The notes under the pieces were generated by a model. It had not been told where the DNA came from. It did not search any database and saw only the letters and a program-made list of their open reading frames with translations. Below, in pieces: positions 28,846-39,397 of a stretch of 64,000 bases of DNA (position 1 is the stretch's first letter; every line of letters begins with the position of its first letter). A program made the translations under genes and the position numbers. The stretch is from contig UYFQ01000001.1 in assembly GCA_900617105.1 (NCBI GenBank), positions 434,001 through 498,000 on the forward strand. The letters are read 5' to 3'. The stretch is from Hydrurus foetidus. Its lineage: Eukaryota.

Positions 28846-31158
28846 GTGGCGCACACCTGTTTTTCATCTCCATCACTTTCCCGTTCGGGCTTCGCGTCGA
28901 ACGCCCCTTCACACGCCTTATCGCCTTCTCATTTGGCTTTGCGTCGGTTGCCCTTGCTGCTCGCTGTCGCTTGGGGTTCCGCGCTCAGCGTGCAGGCGCA
29001 AACCTTGCAGATCGCCGCTGGCCCCAAGCTGCAAGAGGTGGTGATCAGCGGTTCACGCAGCGAGCAAATCAGCGACGAGATCCCCGCCAGCATCGACGTG
29101 CTGAACGCACAAACGCTGGAAGCGCAGCAAATCCACGACATTCGCGATGTAGCGAAAGAGCTGCCCAATGTGTCTGTGAAGCGTGCCCCGGCCCGTTTCA
29201 GTCTGGCCGGTGGCAACACCGGGCGCGACGGTAATGCGGGCTTCAACATCCGTGGGTTGGACGGCAACCGCGTGCTGATGCTGACCGATGGCATACGCAT
29301 GCCGCGCAGCTACGTTTTCAGTGCCAACGCCTTTGGCCGTGATTACCTGGACATTGGGCTGGTTAAGCGCGTGGAAATTGTGCGTGGCCCCGCGTCGGTG
29401 CTGTACGGTTCGGATGGCGTGGCCGGTTTGGTCAACTTCATCACCCACGACCCGGCTGACTTTTTGACCGGTGGCAAAACCGTGGGTGGCCGCGCCAGCG
29501 TGGGCTACAGCGGCGACGACAAAGGCGTGTCGGTGGGCGGCACCGTAGCAGGCCGTGCGAACGACGTGGCTGAATGGCTCATCAGCGCCAACACCTCCCG
29601 CGCTGATGGCTTGCGCAACATGGGCACCAACGATGTGGCCAATGCTGACCGCACCACGCCCAACCCCGAAACCAACCGCAACAACGCCATCCTTGGCAAA
29701 CTGGTGCTGCGCCCCAATACCCAGCAAAAACATGTGGTGACGCTGGAGCACGTCGATAAGAAAGCGGCTTACGAGCTGCTGAGCGCCCGCGCCAAACCGC
29801 CGCTCACCGCTACATCCACACTGGGCTCCAACGCCGATAACACCCTGAACCGCGACCGCGCTACCTGGGATGCGCACTACCAAGCGAATGGGTCAGTGTT
29901 GGCGCCCTTGATGGACAGCGTGCAAACCGTGCTCGCCTACCAAGCCGCCAGTTCCCGCGAAGTCGTCACCGAAGACCGCAACACCGCCGCTGACCGGGTG
30001 CGCGACACCGCGTACAAAGAAGCCACGTGGCAAGCCAACGTGCAAGCGCAAAAAACGCTGCGCCTCTTGCCCGACATGGTGCACAAGCTCACCTATGGCT
30101 TTGACTACACCAGCGCCAAAATCACCAACAACGTGACCGGTGTCACCCCGCCCACCGGCGAAACCTTCCCGCTCAAGCGCTTCCCCGACACCCGCGAGAC
30201 CAGCCATGCGGTGTACGTGCAAGACGAAATCATCAGCGACCGCTTCACCGTGGTGCCCGGCGTGCGCTTTGACCGCTTCAAGCTTGATGCCAGCCAGAGC
30301 GGTTTTGGCGGTGTCGCCACTTCGCTGAGCGGCTCTGCTGTCTCGCCCAAGCTGGGTTTGATGTTCCGCGCCACGCCCGAATGGAGCGTCTACGGCAATG
30401 TCGCCTCGGGCTTCAAAGCGCCCAACGCGAACCAGTTGAACGGCTTCTTTGAGAACCCCACCTCGTACTACAAAACCATCTCCAATCCTGACCTGAAGCC
30501 CGAGAAAAGCCAAAACTTTGAACTCGGCCTGCGGGGCCGCTTAGACCGCCTGACGCTGGACGCTGCGGTGTTCACCGGGCGCTTTAAAAACCTGATTCAA
30601 GACACGGTGTTGGTGGGCGGCAACTTCACCAAAGCCACGCCCGGCGTGTACCAGTCGATCAACGTGGGCCAAGCGCGTATCAGCGGCTTTGAGCTGAAGG
30701 GCCTGATGGACTGGGGCCGGGTGGGCGGTGCTGGCGGTGTAGGGGCGGTGGGTCTTTCTACGCCTTTCGCCTACGGCCAAACCAAAGGCACCGACACCAG
30801 CAGCGGCAAGCCTATCAACTCGATCAACCCGGCCAAGCTGGTCGCGGGGCTGCGGGCCACCGCCGCCTTGTGGACGGCATCGCTGGACGCCGTTCACCAC
30901 GCCGCCAAAAAATCAGCAGACATCGACCCCACCGCGCTGGCCACCCAGTACGCCACACCGGCAGCCACCACGCTCGATTTGCGCGGCCAGTGGCGCATCC
31001 GCAAAGACCTGCGCCTGAACATGGCGGTGGTCAACCTCACCAACAAAAAATACTGGAACTGGGCCGATGTGAACGGTCTGGCCTCCACCTCCACCGTGCT
31101 GGACGCTTACACCCAGCCCGGTCGCCATCTCAACGTTTCTTTGGTCGCTGATTTTTAA
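28846..31158 (+). CDS. hmuR: TonB-dependent heme/hemoglobin receptor
   Basis: FKAP and NPDL heme-receptor motifs, NIRGLDGNRV; first gene of hmuSTUV. Confidence 0.92.
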   Translation: MAHTCFSSPSLSRSGFASNAPSHALSPSHLALRRLPLLLAVAWGSALSVQAQTLQIAAGPKLQEVVISGSRSEQISDEIPASIDVLNAQTLEAQQIHDIRDVAKELPNVSVKRAPARFSLAGGNTGRDGNAGFNIRGLDGNRVLMLTDGIRMPRSYVFSANAFGRDYLDIGLVKRVEIVRGPASVLYGSDGVAGLVNFITHDPADFLTGGKTVGGRASVGYSGDDKGVSVGGTVAGRANDVAEWLISANTSRADGLRNMGTNDVANADRTTPNPETNRNNAILGKLVLRPNTQQKHVVTLEHVDKKAAYELLSARAKPPLTATSTLGSNADNTLNRDRATWDAHYQANGSVLAPLMDSVQTVLAYQAASSREVVTEDRNTAADRVRDTAYKEATWQANVQAQKTLRLLPDMVHKLTYGFDYTSAKITNNVTGVTPPTGETFPLKRFPDTRETSHAVYVQDEIISDRFTVVPGVRFDRFKLDASQSGFGGVATSLSGSAVSPKLGLMFRATPEWSVYGNVASGFKAPNANQLNGFFENPTSYYKTISNPDLKPEKSQNFELGLRGRLDRLTLDAAVFTGRFKNLIQDTVLVGGNFTKATPGVYQSINVGQARISGFELKGLMDWGRVGGAGGVGAVGLSTPFAYGQTKGTDTSSGKPINSINPAKLVAGLRATAALWTASLDAVHHAAKKSADIDPTALATQYATPAATTLDLRGQWRIRKDLRLNMAVVNLTNKKYWNWADVNGLASTSTVLDAYTQPGRHLNVSLVADF

Positions 31159-31169
31159 GGGCTTTTGCC

Positions 31170-32309
31170 ATGTCTACCCTCACACCTTTTCCTGAAATGA
31201 ATGCCGAAGCCATCCGCGACAAATTCAACGCCGCCCGCCAATCAGGCAAACGCGCCAAAGAAGCCGCCGAATCCATGGGGCTCAGCGAAGGCCAAGCTGT
31301 TGCCGCCCATTGCGGCGAGCACAGCTACCCGCCCAAAGCCGTACCCTTGCGTGGCGCTTGGGTCGAGTTGCTGCAGGCGTTGGCGTTCTGTGGCCCCTTG
31401 CTGGCGTTGACGCGCAACGAATCCACCGTGCACGAAAAAACCGGTGTCTACCAAAAAATATCCGCCATGGGGCCGGGCGGACGCATGGGTCTGGCGCTGG
31501 GTGACGACATTGATTTGCGCCTGTTCTTCGACAAATGGCACGCCGGTTTCGCCGTGACCGAGCTGGCCGCCAACCCGCAGAACCGTCCCAGCGTCAGCCT
31601 GCAATTTTTTGATGCCAGTGGCAAAGCCGTTCACAAAATATTCCAACGCGATGCCACCGACCGCGATGCCTTTGCCGACGTGGTGGCGCACTACACCGAC
31701 CTCGCCTGTGGCTACGTGTTCCGCCGTGCTGAGGCCAAGCCCGTGCCGCAATCCGATGCCAGCATTGACGCTGCCGCCTTGGTTGAAGCCTGGGCGGGCA
31801 TGAAAGACACGCATGATTTCTTTGGTCTGCTCAAAACGCACAATGTAGAGCGCCAGCAGAGTTTTCGCTTGACCGAAGGCCTGTTTACGCAGCGCTTGGC
31901 GACAACCGCGCTAGGTGATTTGCTCGTTGAAGCCGCTTTTGACAGCGTGCCCATCATGGTGTTCGTGGGCAGCCCCGGCTGTATCCAAATCCACACTGGC
32001 CCGGTCAAACGCATTGAGCCGATGAACATTCGCGGTGTGCAGTGGTTGAACATCATCGATGCCGGCTTCAACTTGCACCTGCGTGAAGATTCCATCGCCA
32101 GCGTCTGGCGTGTCGACAAACCCACCAGCGACGGCGTTGTCACCTCTATCGAAGCCTTTGACCATGATGGCGAGCAGATGGTGATGTTCTTCGGTGCCCG
32201 CAAACCCGGCAAGCCTGAGCGTGAGGATTGGCGTGCTTTGGCAGTGAAATTACCGCATTTGATCGCCCATGCTGAAGCTGTCGTTGAGCGCGAAACCACT
32301 GCGGCATGA
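31170..32309 (+). CDS. hmuS: Hemin-degrading factor HemS/HmuS
   Basis: ALTRNESTVHEKTG, DIDLRLF, MKDTHDFF, CIQIHTG, KPTSDG. Confidence 0.95.
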   Translation: MSTLTPFPEMNAEAIRDKFNAARQSGKRAKEAAESMGLSEGQAVAAHCGEHSYPPKAVPLRGAWVELLQALAFCGPLLALTRNESTVHEKTGVYQKISAMGPGGRMGLALGDDIDLRLFFDKWHAGFAVTELAANPQNRPSVSLQFFDASGKAVHKIFQRDATDRDAFADVVAHYTDLACGYVFRRAEAKPVPQSDASIDAAALVEAWAGMKDTHDFFGLLKTHNVERQQSFRLTEGLFTQRLATTALGDLLVEAAFDSVPIMVFVGSPGCIQIHTGPVKRIEPMNIRGVQWLNIIDAGFNLHLREDSIASVWRVDKPTSDGVVTSIEAFDHDGEQMVMFFGARKPGKPEREDWRALAVKLPHLIAHAEAVVERETTAA

Positions 32310-32348
32310 AGCCCTTACAGCCCACCCCTTCCTCAGAACCTGAACGCC

Positions 32349-33302
32349 ATGAACCCACCCCTTCTGCTGCCGCATCTTCTGAAGCAGCCCCGTCGCCGCG
32401 ACGCGTTGCGTCTCGCCGCCTTCGCTGCGCTTGCGCATGTTGCGCATCCGGCCTTATCTCTGACACCCACGCTGACGCTGAGCAAGCTGCCCCGCTTGGT
32501 CACCGTCAGCGGCGCGATCACCGAAATCGTCTACGCGCTGGGGGCTGAGGCGCAGTTGGTGGGCACGGACACCACCAGTTTGTTTCCGACGGCGGCGCTG
32601 AACACGGCCAAGGTGGGGTACATGCGCCAGTTGTCGGCGGAAGGTTTGTTGTCGCTCAAGCCGGATGCGGTGATTGCCACCACCGAAGCTGGGCCGCCGG
32701 TGGTGCTAGACCAAATTCGCAGTGCGGGCGTGAAGGTGGAATTGGTCAAAGCTGACCACAGTTGGGCGGAGTTGATGGCCAAGGTCCAGGCAGTGGGGCG
32801 GGCTTCAGGGCGTGTGGGCCAAGCGGCTGAGTTCCAGGCCAAGCTGGAAGCCGAATGGCTGCGCTCGCAGCGCTGGGTGGCTGATTCCATGGCCAAATCA
32901 CCCCGCAAACCCCGCGTGCTTTTCATTCTCTCGCACAGCACCACGGTGCAGGTGTCCGGCGAAAAAACAGCGGCCAACGCGGTGATCCAGTTTGCCGGTG
33001 GTACCAACTGCCTGAGCGGTTTTGACGGCTACCGCCCCATGACGGCAGAGGCGATGGCCGCTGCGGCCCCCGACATTATTTTGACCAGCATCCAAGGCAT
33101 TGAAGCCCAAGGCGGGGCTGACAAATTTTGGTCACGCCCCGAACTGGCGCTGACCCCCGCCTTCAAAAACCGTGCCCTGGTCACGATGGATGCGCTGCAA
33201 CTGCTGGGCTTTGGCCCCCGTTTGCCCCAGGCTGTGCGCGAAGTGCATGACCGGATGGCGGCTGCTATGGCCGCATCCACCACACCGCGCAAAACGACAT
33301 GA
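32349..33302 (+). CDS. hmuT: Heme ABC transporter periplasmic binding protein
   Basis: TEIVYALGA, VGYMRQLSAEGLLSL, LLGFGPR; RR-containing signal. Confidence 0.93.
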   Translation: MNPPLLLPHLLKQPRRRDALRLAAFAALAHVAHPALSLTPTLTLSKLPRLVTVSGAITEIVYALGAEAQLVGTDTTSLFPTAALNTAKVGYMRQLSAEGLLSLKPDAVIATTEAGPPVVLDQIRSAGVKVELVKADHSWAELMAKVQAVGRASGRVGQAAEFQAKLEAEWLRSQRWVADSMAKSPRKPRVLFILSHSTTVQVSGEKTAANAVIQFAGGTNCLSGFDGYRPMTAEAMAAAAPDIILTSIQGIEAQGGADKFWSRPELALTPAFKNRALVTMDALQLLGFGPRLPQAVREVHDRMAAAMAASTTPRKTT

Positions 33303-34336
33303 CAAAGCGCCTGCACCCCAGCACCGTGCTGCTGTTCGGAGGTTTGCTCGTTGCTATGGCATTCATAGCTGGCAGTGCCCGTGGGGCTTATAGCATCAGC
33401 AGTTTTGAGCTGTTTCGTGTGCTTGGAGACCTGTTTTCGGGCACTGACAACCCTTCGCCCGAATACCTCGTCTTCGTCAACATCCGCTTGCCACGTTTGA
33501 TTCTGGCCGTGGCTGCAGGTGCCGGGCTGGGCATGGCCGGGGCGCTGATGCAGGGGCTGTTTCGCAACCCGCTGGCTGACCCTGGTTTGATCGGTGTCAG
33601 CAGTGGTGCGGCGCTGGCGGCGGGCATCACCATCGTGATGGGCAGCCTGTGGTTCCCTGAAATGCCGCGCAAATTGGGCAGTTGGGTGCTGGTGCTGATG
33701 GCGTTTTTGGGGGGCTTGGGTGTCACCGGCGTGATTTACCTGCTGTCGCAAAGCGAGGGTGGCACGCGCGTGGGCCTGATGCTGCTGGCGGGCATCGCGA
33801 TCAACGCACTGGCCGGGGCGGGCTTGGGGCTGCTGAGTTTTTTGGCGAACGACGAGCAACTGCGCAGCTTGCAGTTTTGGCTGTTGGGCAGTTTGGGTGG
33901 GGCGAGGTGGAGCGCCGTGGTGCTGGTGGGTGCTCTGGTTTCGATAGCTGTCACCGCCGGTCTGCTGTGCGCCAAGCCCTTGAATGTCTTGGCTTTGGGC
34001 GAGGCGCAGGCGCATTTGTTGGGTGTCAACGTGGAACGCCTCAAGCGCCATGTGGTGCTCATCACCGCGCTGGCGGTGGGCGCGGTGACGGCCACCACCG
34101 GCATCATTGGCTTCATCGGGCTGGTGGCCCCGCACATCATCCGGCTGATAGCCGGGCCGGACAACCGCATCGTGCTGCCCGGCTCAGCGTTACTGGGCGC
34201 GAGCCTGGTGCTGGCGGCTGACGCAGTGGCCCGCACCGTTGCCCAACCGGCGGAGTTGCCCCTGGGTGTGTTGACGGCGTTTGTCGGTGTGCCGTTCTTT
34301 TTGCTGCTGCTGCGCAACTTCAAGGGGCGGTTTTGA
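33299..34336 (+). CDS. hmuU: Heme ABC transporter permease
   Basis: IRLPR, QGLFRNPLADPGLIG, GEAQAHLLG, IGFIGLVAPH. Confidence 0.95.
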   Translation: MTKRLHPSTVLLFGGLLVAMAFIAGSARGAYSISSFELFRVLGDLFSGTDNPSPEYLVFVNIRLPRLILAVAAGAGLGMAGALMQGLFRNPLADPGLIGVSSGAALAAGITIVMGSLWFPEMPRKLGSWVLVLMAFLGGLGVTGVIYLLSQSEGGTRVGLMLLAGIAINALAGAGLGLLSFLANDEQLRSLQFWLLGSLGGARWSAVVLVGALVSIAVTAGLLCAKPLNVLALGEAQAHLLGVNVERLKRHVVLITALAVGAVTATTGIIGFIGLVAPHIIRLIAGPDNRIVLPGSALLGASLVLAADAVARTVAQPAELPLGVLTAFVGVPFFLLLLRNFKGRF

Positions 34337-35154
34337 AGCTGCTCAGCGCGATGAATATCGCCTGCACGGTGCAAGGCACGCCGCTGCTCAAGCCGCTGTC
34401 GGTGAACCTGCAAGCCGGGCGCGTCACCGCCATCGTCGGGCCGAACGGTGCGGGCAAGTCCACGCTGCTGTCCCTCTTGAGCGGCCAGCGAGCCGCCAGT
34501 GCGGGCACGGTGCTGCTGAACGGTCAATCTCTGCCCAACTGGTCACCCGCCGCCCTGGCCCGCGTGCGTGCCTTCATGCTGCAAGACAGCGCGGTAGCGT
34601 TCGACTACACGGTGCGCGACATCGTGGAACTGGGACGCTACCCGCACCGCCAAAATAGATCATCAAATCCGTCTTTGACGCAGGCTGATGTAGCACAGGC
34701 TGCTATGGTTTTAACAGGCATTGCGCACTTGGCTGAGCGGGTGCTGAACACCCTCAGCGGCGGCGAAAAGGCGAGGGCGCAGCTGGCGCGGGCCTTGGCG
34801 CAACTCTGGGAGACCACCCCCTCCAGCCCATCCACCCGCTGGCTGCTGCTGGACGAACCCACCGCTGCGCTCGATTTGGCCCACCAGCACCACGTCATGC
34901 ACACCGTGCGCCAGTGGGCGCATGAGCAGGACGTGGGCGTGGTGGCGGTGTTGCACGATTTGAACCTGGCCCTGCGCTACGCCGATGACGTGCTGGTGTT
35001 GCAGCAAGCCGAAAAGCACAGCTTCGGCCCAGTGCGTGAGGTACTGACGGCGGGGTTGATTCAAGCCGTGTGGGGCGTGGCGTGCGAGGCCGTCACCAGC
35101 TGTGACGGCACGCCGCAGTACCTGTTTGCGAGTGGTTGCCCTGCTTTGGCGTGA
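34333..35154 (+). CDS. hmuV: Heme ABC transporter ATPase
   Basis: GPNGAGKST, LSGGE, LLLDEPT, VLHDLNLA. Confidence 0.95.
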   Translation: MKLLSAMNIACTVQGTPLLKPLSVNLQAGRVTAIVGPNGAGKSTLLSLLSGQRAASAGTVLLNGQSLPNWSPAALARVRAFMLQDSAVAFDYTVRDIVELGRYPHRQNRSSNPSLTQADVAQAAMVLTGIAHLAERVLNTLSGGEKARAQLARALAQLWETTPSSPSTRWLLLDEPTAALDLAHQHHVMHTVRQWAHEQDVGVVAVLHDLNLALRYADDVLVLQQAEKHSFGPVREVLTAGLIQAVWGVACEAVTSCDGTPQYLFASGCPALA

Positions 35155-35234
35155 AAGAAACCAAGTTTCATCACTGCTCTACGGTCAAAACCCGAAAAAA
35201 TTCAGTTTTTACAAAGGTGCACTTCGAACTTGAA

Positions 35235-36158
35235 TCAGCTCGCTTTAAGGCGCTTCCAAACCTCCACCGCAGCCCCAATGGTTTGGAACACCTCCACACC
35301 TGCCGGTGCAACTTCGGCCAGCACCACAGCACCTTGCCCGCCCACCCACAGGCTGCACGCTGCGGGCAGCATGCGGCGCAGTGCCAGCACATAACTTTTA
35401 GCCGCAGCGGGTTGTAAAGCGCTGCTGGCCGAAATGCTTACAGCTGACACTTGCCACTCGCTGGCCGCTTGCACCACATCGGCCACTGGGGTTTGGATGC
35501 CCAGGCTCACGCAGTCGGCCCCTTCTAGCGTCAGCGCAGCTTGCAAGGCCAGCAGGCCCAGGCCATGCAGCTCACCTGGAGGTGTGGTTAAAAGCACCCG
35601 TGCACTGCGGCCTGCCGGCCGCGGCACACCGGCCAACATTTGCAATATCAGCGCACGCACAGTCTCGGTGTAATGGTGCTCTGCATGAATACCCAAATAC
35701 CCCGCCGCCCAGGCATCGCCTACCGCTTGGTTCAATAACGGCAAAAGGTGGTGCACAAAGTGGGCTAAACCACCCTCAGCAATTAACTTGCGCAAATAAA
35801 TGTCCACGGCCTCCGGCAGCGCACCTGGGCGCAGGCAGGCATGCAGGCCTTGCGCAACGGCGTTGTTGGCCACCGCCACAGGCGACGCGGGCAATGCTTG
35901 CAGCAGCCCTTGCAACTCCTTCGTTGAACTCGACATCAAATGGCGGGGCCGCTGGCCCAGGCCTATCAGCTGTTTGATGAGAGTGAGTTTGCGCACATCG
36001 ACCATGGCATAGCGGCGCTCGCCCCGCTCCCCGCGCACCGGCTGGGGAAACAGGTAACGGATCTCCCACTTGCGCAGAACTTCGCGTGACAAGCCCGTGG
36101 CCTGCTCCACTTGGGCCTGATTCAAGGTATCGAAATCATCGTTTGACATGGCTGCCAT
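35235..36158 (-). CDS. MerR-family B12-binding regulator (LitR/CarH-like)
   Basis: MerR HTH (LRKWEIRY..GERRY), W..EH motif (DAWAAGYLGIHAEH), ExHxxG (GELHGLG). Confidence 0.85.
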   Translation of the reverse strand: MAAMSNDDFDTLNQAQVEQATGLSREVLRKWEIRYLFPQPVRGERGERRYAMVDVRKLTLIKQLIGLGQRPRHLMSSSTKELQGLLQALPASPVAVANNAVAQGLHACLRPGALPEAVDIYLRKLIAEGGLAHFVHHLLPLLNQAVGDAWAAGYLGIHAEHHYTETVRALILQMLAGVPRPAGRSARVLLTTPPGELHGLGLLALQAALTLEGADCVSLGIQTPVADVVQAASEWQVSAVSISASSALQPAAAKSYVLALRRMLPAACSLWVGGQGAVVLAEVAPAGVEVFQTIGAAVEVWKRLKAS

Positions 36159-36164
36159 TATGGG

Positions 36165-36195
36165 TTGATACTTCTTGTCCAGGACAATATAAAAC
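36165..36195 (+). promoter_or_regulatory. Sigma70 promoter with a palindromic operator in the spacer
   Basis: TTGATA(36165)-TTGTCC A GGACAA(36175-36187)-TATAAAAC(36188). Confidence 0.65.
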
Positions 36196-36213
36196 CCTTA
36201 CCCAGGAAAAACC

Positions 36214-39200
36214 ATGAATTTTCGCGACCTCAAAATCGGCACCCGCCTGTCGGTGCTGATTGCAGTACTGTCCATTATTCTGGTTGCTATTGGCTCGCTG
36301 GGCTTGTACGGCATAAGTAAGTCCAACGATGCGGTGCGCTTTATTTACGAAGACAGCCTGCAAAGCACGGCAGAAATCGGAGAAATACAAAAGCTGCTGT
36401 TGCGCAACCGCTTGTTGTTGGCTGTGGCACTGATCACCCCGACACCCGAAGTCATTGCCGCCAATACCAAAGACGTTGAAACCAACATTGCAAGCATTAC
36501 CAAAATTTGGGAGCGATATACCTCCCAAACATTGAGCGCGGAAGAGGCGGTCATGGCCAAAGACTTTGCGGAAAGCCGCAAGGCCTTTGTGCAACAAGGT
36601 TTGTTGAAGGTCATCGCCGCCCTGCGCGCCAATGACATCAAAGAGGCTAATCGCCTGGTGGTGGACAACGTTCGGCCATTGTTTGTACCGGTAAACAAAG
36701 GCATTGAGACCCTGCTCAAGCGCCAGCTTGACGAAGCCAAACATAAACATGAGGCCTCAATAACCTCCTACCAAACCGTTCGCAACATCACCATTGCAGC
36801 CTTGATCGGTGGCGTGCTGTTTGCGGTGTTGTTTGGCCTGAATCTGGTGCGCGGCATCACCCAAGCCTTGACCAAAGCCGTGCAAGTTGCTGATGACGTA
36901 GCGTCAGGCAAACTGGATGGCGTGCTGGTGGCCGACAGCAAGGACGAAACCGGCCTGCTAATCACTTCGCTGGGCAAGATGCAAACCGTGTTGGCCCAGT
37001 TTCAGGCCGCGCAGACCGAGATGTCGCGCCAGCAAGACCTGGGCAATATGGATTACGCCATTCCCACCCAAGCGCTGCCCGGCACCTATGGCGTGATGGC
37101 GCAAAATGTTAACAACCTGGTGAAGGCCAACATGGCCCTCACCATGAAAACAGTGGAAGTGGCCGCAGGTTATGCCGAAGGCAAACTCAGCGTCGCCATG
37201 GACCGCCTGCCCGGCCAAAAAGTGCGCATCTCCGAGGCTATGGACAAAGTGCAAAAGTCTTTGCAAGAAGCGTCTGACGCTGCGAAGTCCAACGTGAGCT
37301 TGCTCAAAGTCAACCTGCGCATACTCAACGCACTGGACAAGTGCAGTACCAACGTGATGATTGCCGATGACAGCAACCACATCATCTACATGAATGAGTC
37401 GGTTGCGGCGATGATGCAAGGTAACGAAGCGGAGTTGCGCAAGAGCCTGCCTCACTTCAACGCTGCCAAACTCATTGGTGCCAATATTGACGTGTTCCAC
37501 AAGAGCCCGGCGCACCAGCGGGGCTTGTTGTCAGCGTTAAAGACGACTTACAAGACACAGATACAAGTCGGTAGCATTTTCTTTAGCCTCACAGCCAACC
37601 CGATCATCGATGCCCAGGGACAGCGCGTAGGGACAGTGGTTGAATGGTTGGACAGAACCCAGGAACTCGCTGCGCAAGAAGCACAGCGCAAGATAGAAGC
37701 GGAAATCAAGGCCAAGGAAATCGCAGACCGAGACACCGAGCGCGCCTTGGCCGCAGAAAACACCCGCATCAAGAACGCACTGGACAAATGCACCACCAAC
37801 GTCATGATTGCTGATGCCACCAACCACATCATCTACATGAACGAGACGGTGACTGAGATGATGCAACGCAACGAGAGTGAGCTGCGCAAGAGCCTGCCCA
37901 ACTTCAATGCCCGTCAACTGATAGGCGAACTCATCGATGTGTTCCACAAGAACCCGGCCCACCAGCGTGGCATGCTGGCCTCGCTCAAAACCACCTACCG
38001 TACCCAAATCCAGGTGGGCAGCCTGTACTTTGGCCTGATCGCCAACCCCATTGTGGATGCCAAGGGTGAGCGCGTAGGCACCGTGGTGGAGTGGGCCGAC
38101 CGAACCGCCGAGGTAGGCGTAGAAAACGAAGTGGCTGAAATCGTACAAGCCGCAGGCCAAGGTGACTTTGCCAAACGATTGGCCACCCAAGGCAAGACCG
38201 GCTTCTTTGCCAACTTGGCCACCGGCATGAATCGGTTGCTTGACACCAGCGAGCAAGGCCTCTCGGATGTGGCCGATGTATTGGCCGCATTCGCCGAAGG
38301 CGACCTCACCAAACGCATTGAACGCGACTACGCCGGCCTGTTTGGCAAAGTCAAAGACAGCGCCAACGCCACTGCCGACAATCTGACCCGTGTCATGAGC
38401 GAGGTGCGCGCCGCTGCCGATGCCCTGACCGGTGCGGCCAACCAAGTCTCTGCCACAGCCCAATCCCTGAGCCAGGCTGCCAGCGAGCAGGCTGCCAGCG
38501 TAGAGGAAACCACCGCCAGCATTGACGTCATGTCCGCCAGCATCAGCCAAAACAGCGACAACGCCAAGGTCACCGATGGCATGGCCACCAAGGCCAGCAA
38601 AGAAGCCACCGATGGTGGTGGAGCCGTGAGCCAGACCGTGACGGCCATGAAGCAGATTGCCGCCAAAATCGGTATCGTTGACGACATTGCCTACCAGACC
38701 AACCTGCTGGCCCTCAATGCCGCCATTGAAGCGGCCCGGGCCGGTGAACATGGCAAAGGCTTTGCGGTGGTGGCCGCAGAAGTGCGCAAGCTCGCCGAGC
38801 GAAGCCAGGAAGCAGCCAAGGAAATTGGCGAGCTGGCAGGCAACAGTGTCACCACGGCAGAGCGTGCGGGCAAGCTGCTCAACGAAATCGTGCCCAGCAT
38901 CCAGAAAACTTCCGAACTGGTGCAAGAGATTGCTGCGGCCAGTGCCGAGCAAAGTGAATCGGTGGTGCAGATTGGTGGGGCCATGGGGCAACTTAGCAAG
39001 GCCACCCAGCAAAATGCATCGGCCTCGGAAGAGTTAGCGGCTACCAGCGAAGAACTATCGGGTCAGGCTGAGCAGCTGCAGCAAACCATGGCGTTCTTTA
39101 AAACCGGAGACGATGCGCCTGTGGTGCGCAGCCGCCATAAACCTGTGGCCAATGAGCGCCGTGCCAGCGTGCTACGGTTGACCTCGACAAAACCCGGCGC

Positions 39201-39222
39201 AAGCAACTTCAAACCCTACTGA
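36214..39222 (+). CDS. Methyl-accepting chemotaxis protein: TM, four-helix sensor, HAMP, two Aer2-like PAS, HAMP, MCP signalling domain
   Basis: Two TM helices, duplicated [57 protein letters not shown]-terminal NFKPY. Confidence 0.93.
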   Translation: MNFRDLKIGTRLSVLIAVLSIILVAIGSLGLYGISKSNDAVRFIYEDSLQSTAEIGEIQKLLLRNRLLLAVALITPTPEVIAANTKDVETNIASITKIWERYTSQTLSAEEAVMAKDFAESRKAFVQQGLLKVIAALRANDIKEANRLVVDNVRPLFVPVNKGIETLLKRQLDEAKHKHEASITSYQTVRNITIAALIGGVLFAVLFGLNLVRGITQALTKAVQVADDVASGKLDGVLVADSKDETGLLITSLGKMQTVLAQFQAAQTEMSRQQDLGNMDYAIPTQALPGTYGVMAQNVNNLVKANMALTMKTVEVAAGYAEGKLSVAMDRLPGQKVRISEAMDKVQKSLQEASDAAKSNVSLLKVNLRILNALDKCSTNVMIADDSNHIIYMNESVAAMMQGNEAELRKSLPHFNAAKLIGANIDVFHKSPAHQRGLLSALKTTYKTQIQVGSIFFSLTANPIIDAQGQRVGTVVEWLDRTQELAAQEAQRKIEAEIKAKEIADRDTERALAAENTRIKNALDKCTTNVMIADATNHIIYMNETVTEMMQRNESELRKSLPNFNARQLIGELIDVFHKNPAHQRGMLASLKTTYRTQIQVGSLYFGLIANPIVDAKGERVGTVVEWADRTAEVGVENEVAEIVQAAGQGDFAKRLATQGKTGFFANLATGMNRLLDTSEQGLSDVADVLAAFAEGDLTKRIERDYAGLFGKVKDSANATADNLTRVMSEVRAAADALTGAANQVSATAQSLSQAASEQAASVEETTASIDVMSASISQNSDNAKVTDGMATKASKEATDGGGAVSQTVTAMKQIAAKIGIVDDIAYQTNLLALNAAIEAARAGEHGKGFAVVAAEVRKLAERSQEAAKEIGELAGNSVTTAERAGKLLNEIVPSIQKTSELVQEIAAASAEQSESVVQIGGAMGQLSKATQQNASASEELAATSEELSGQAEQLQQTMAFFKTGDDAPVVRSRHKPVANERRASVLRLTSTKPGASNFKPY
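37327..38106 (+). repeat. Internal duplication of the PAS-coding region (37327-37659 vs 37774-38106)
   Basis: Two ~333-nt copies offset by 447 nt, clearly similar in DNA and protein. Confidence 0.9.
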
Positions 39223-39397
39223 GGATTTGTACGATTAAGGTGTTGCCTTCAGCCACATGACCGGGCTGTAGCGTTACCGGACGGCCACGAACATCCTCTT
39301 GCGGGAAGTTGAGTGGCCTCCCGTCACAAACTAAGACACACATGCGTGGAAATAAAGATGCCTGTTCAGGCTGGGTTCAAAGCGTGGCTGCGGTCAT

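Noticed and set aside
35386..35440. Possible extra copy of the dispersed motif in the MerR gene
   Set aside because: The left half-site is poor and the N7-GC-N11-GC spacing does not fit.
37537..39012. Long antisense ORFs (491 aa here; also 751-2139, 9506-10690, 45888-47132, 57904-59109, 61725-62873)
   Set aside because: They are shadows of well-supported genes in GC-rich DNA and show no recognisable motifs.
39279..39321. Imperfect hairpin between the convergent MCP and GGDEF genes
   Set aside because: No U-tract and no recognisable family; most simply a 3'-end structure.
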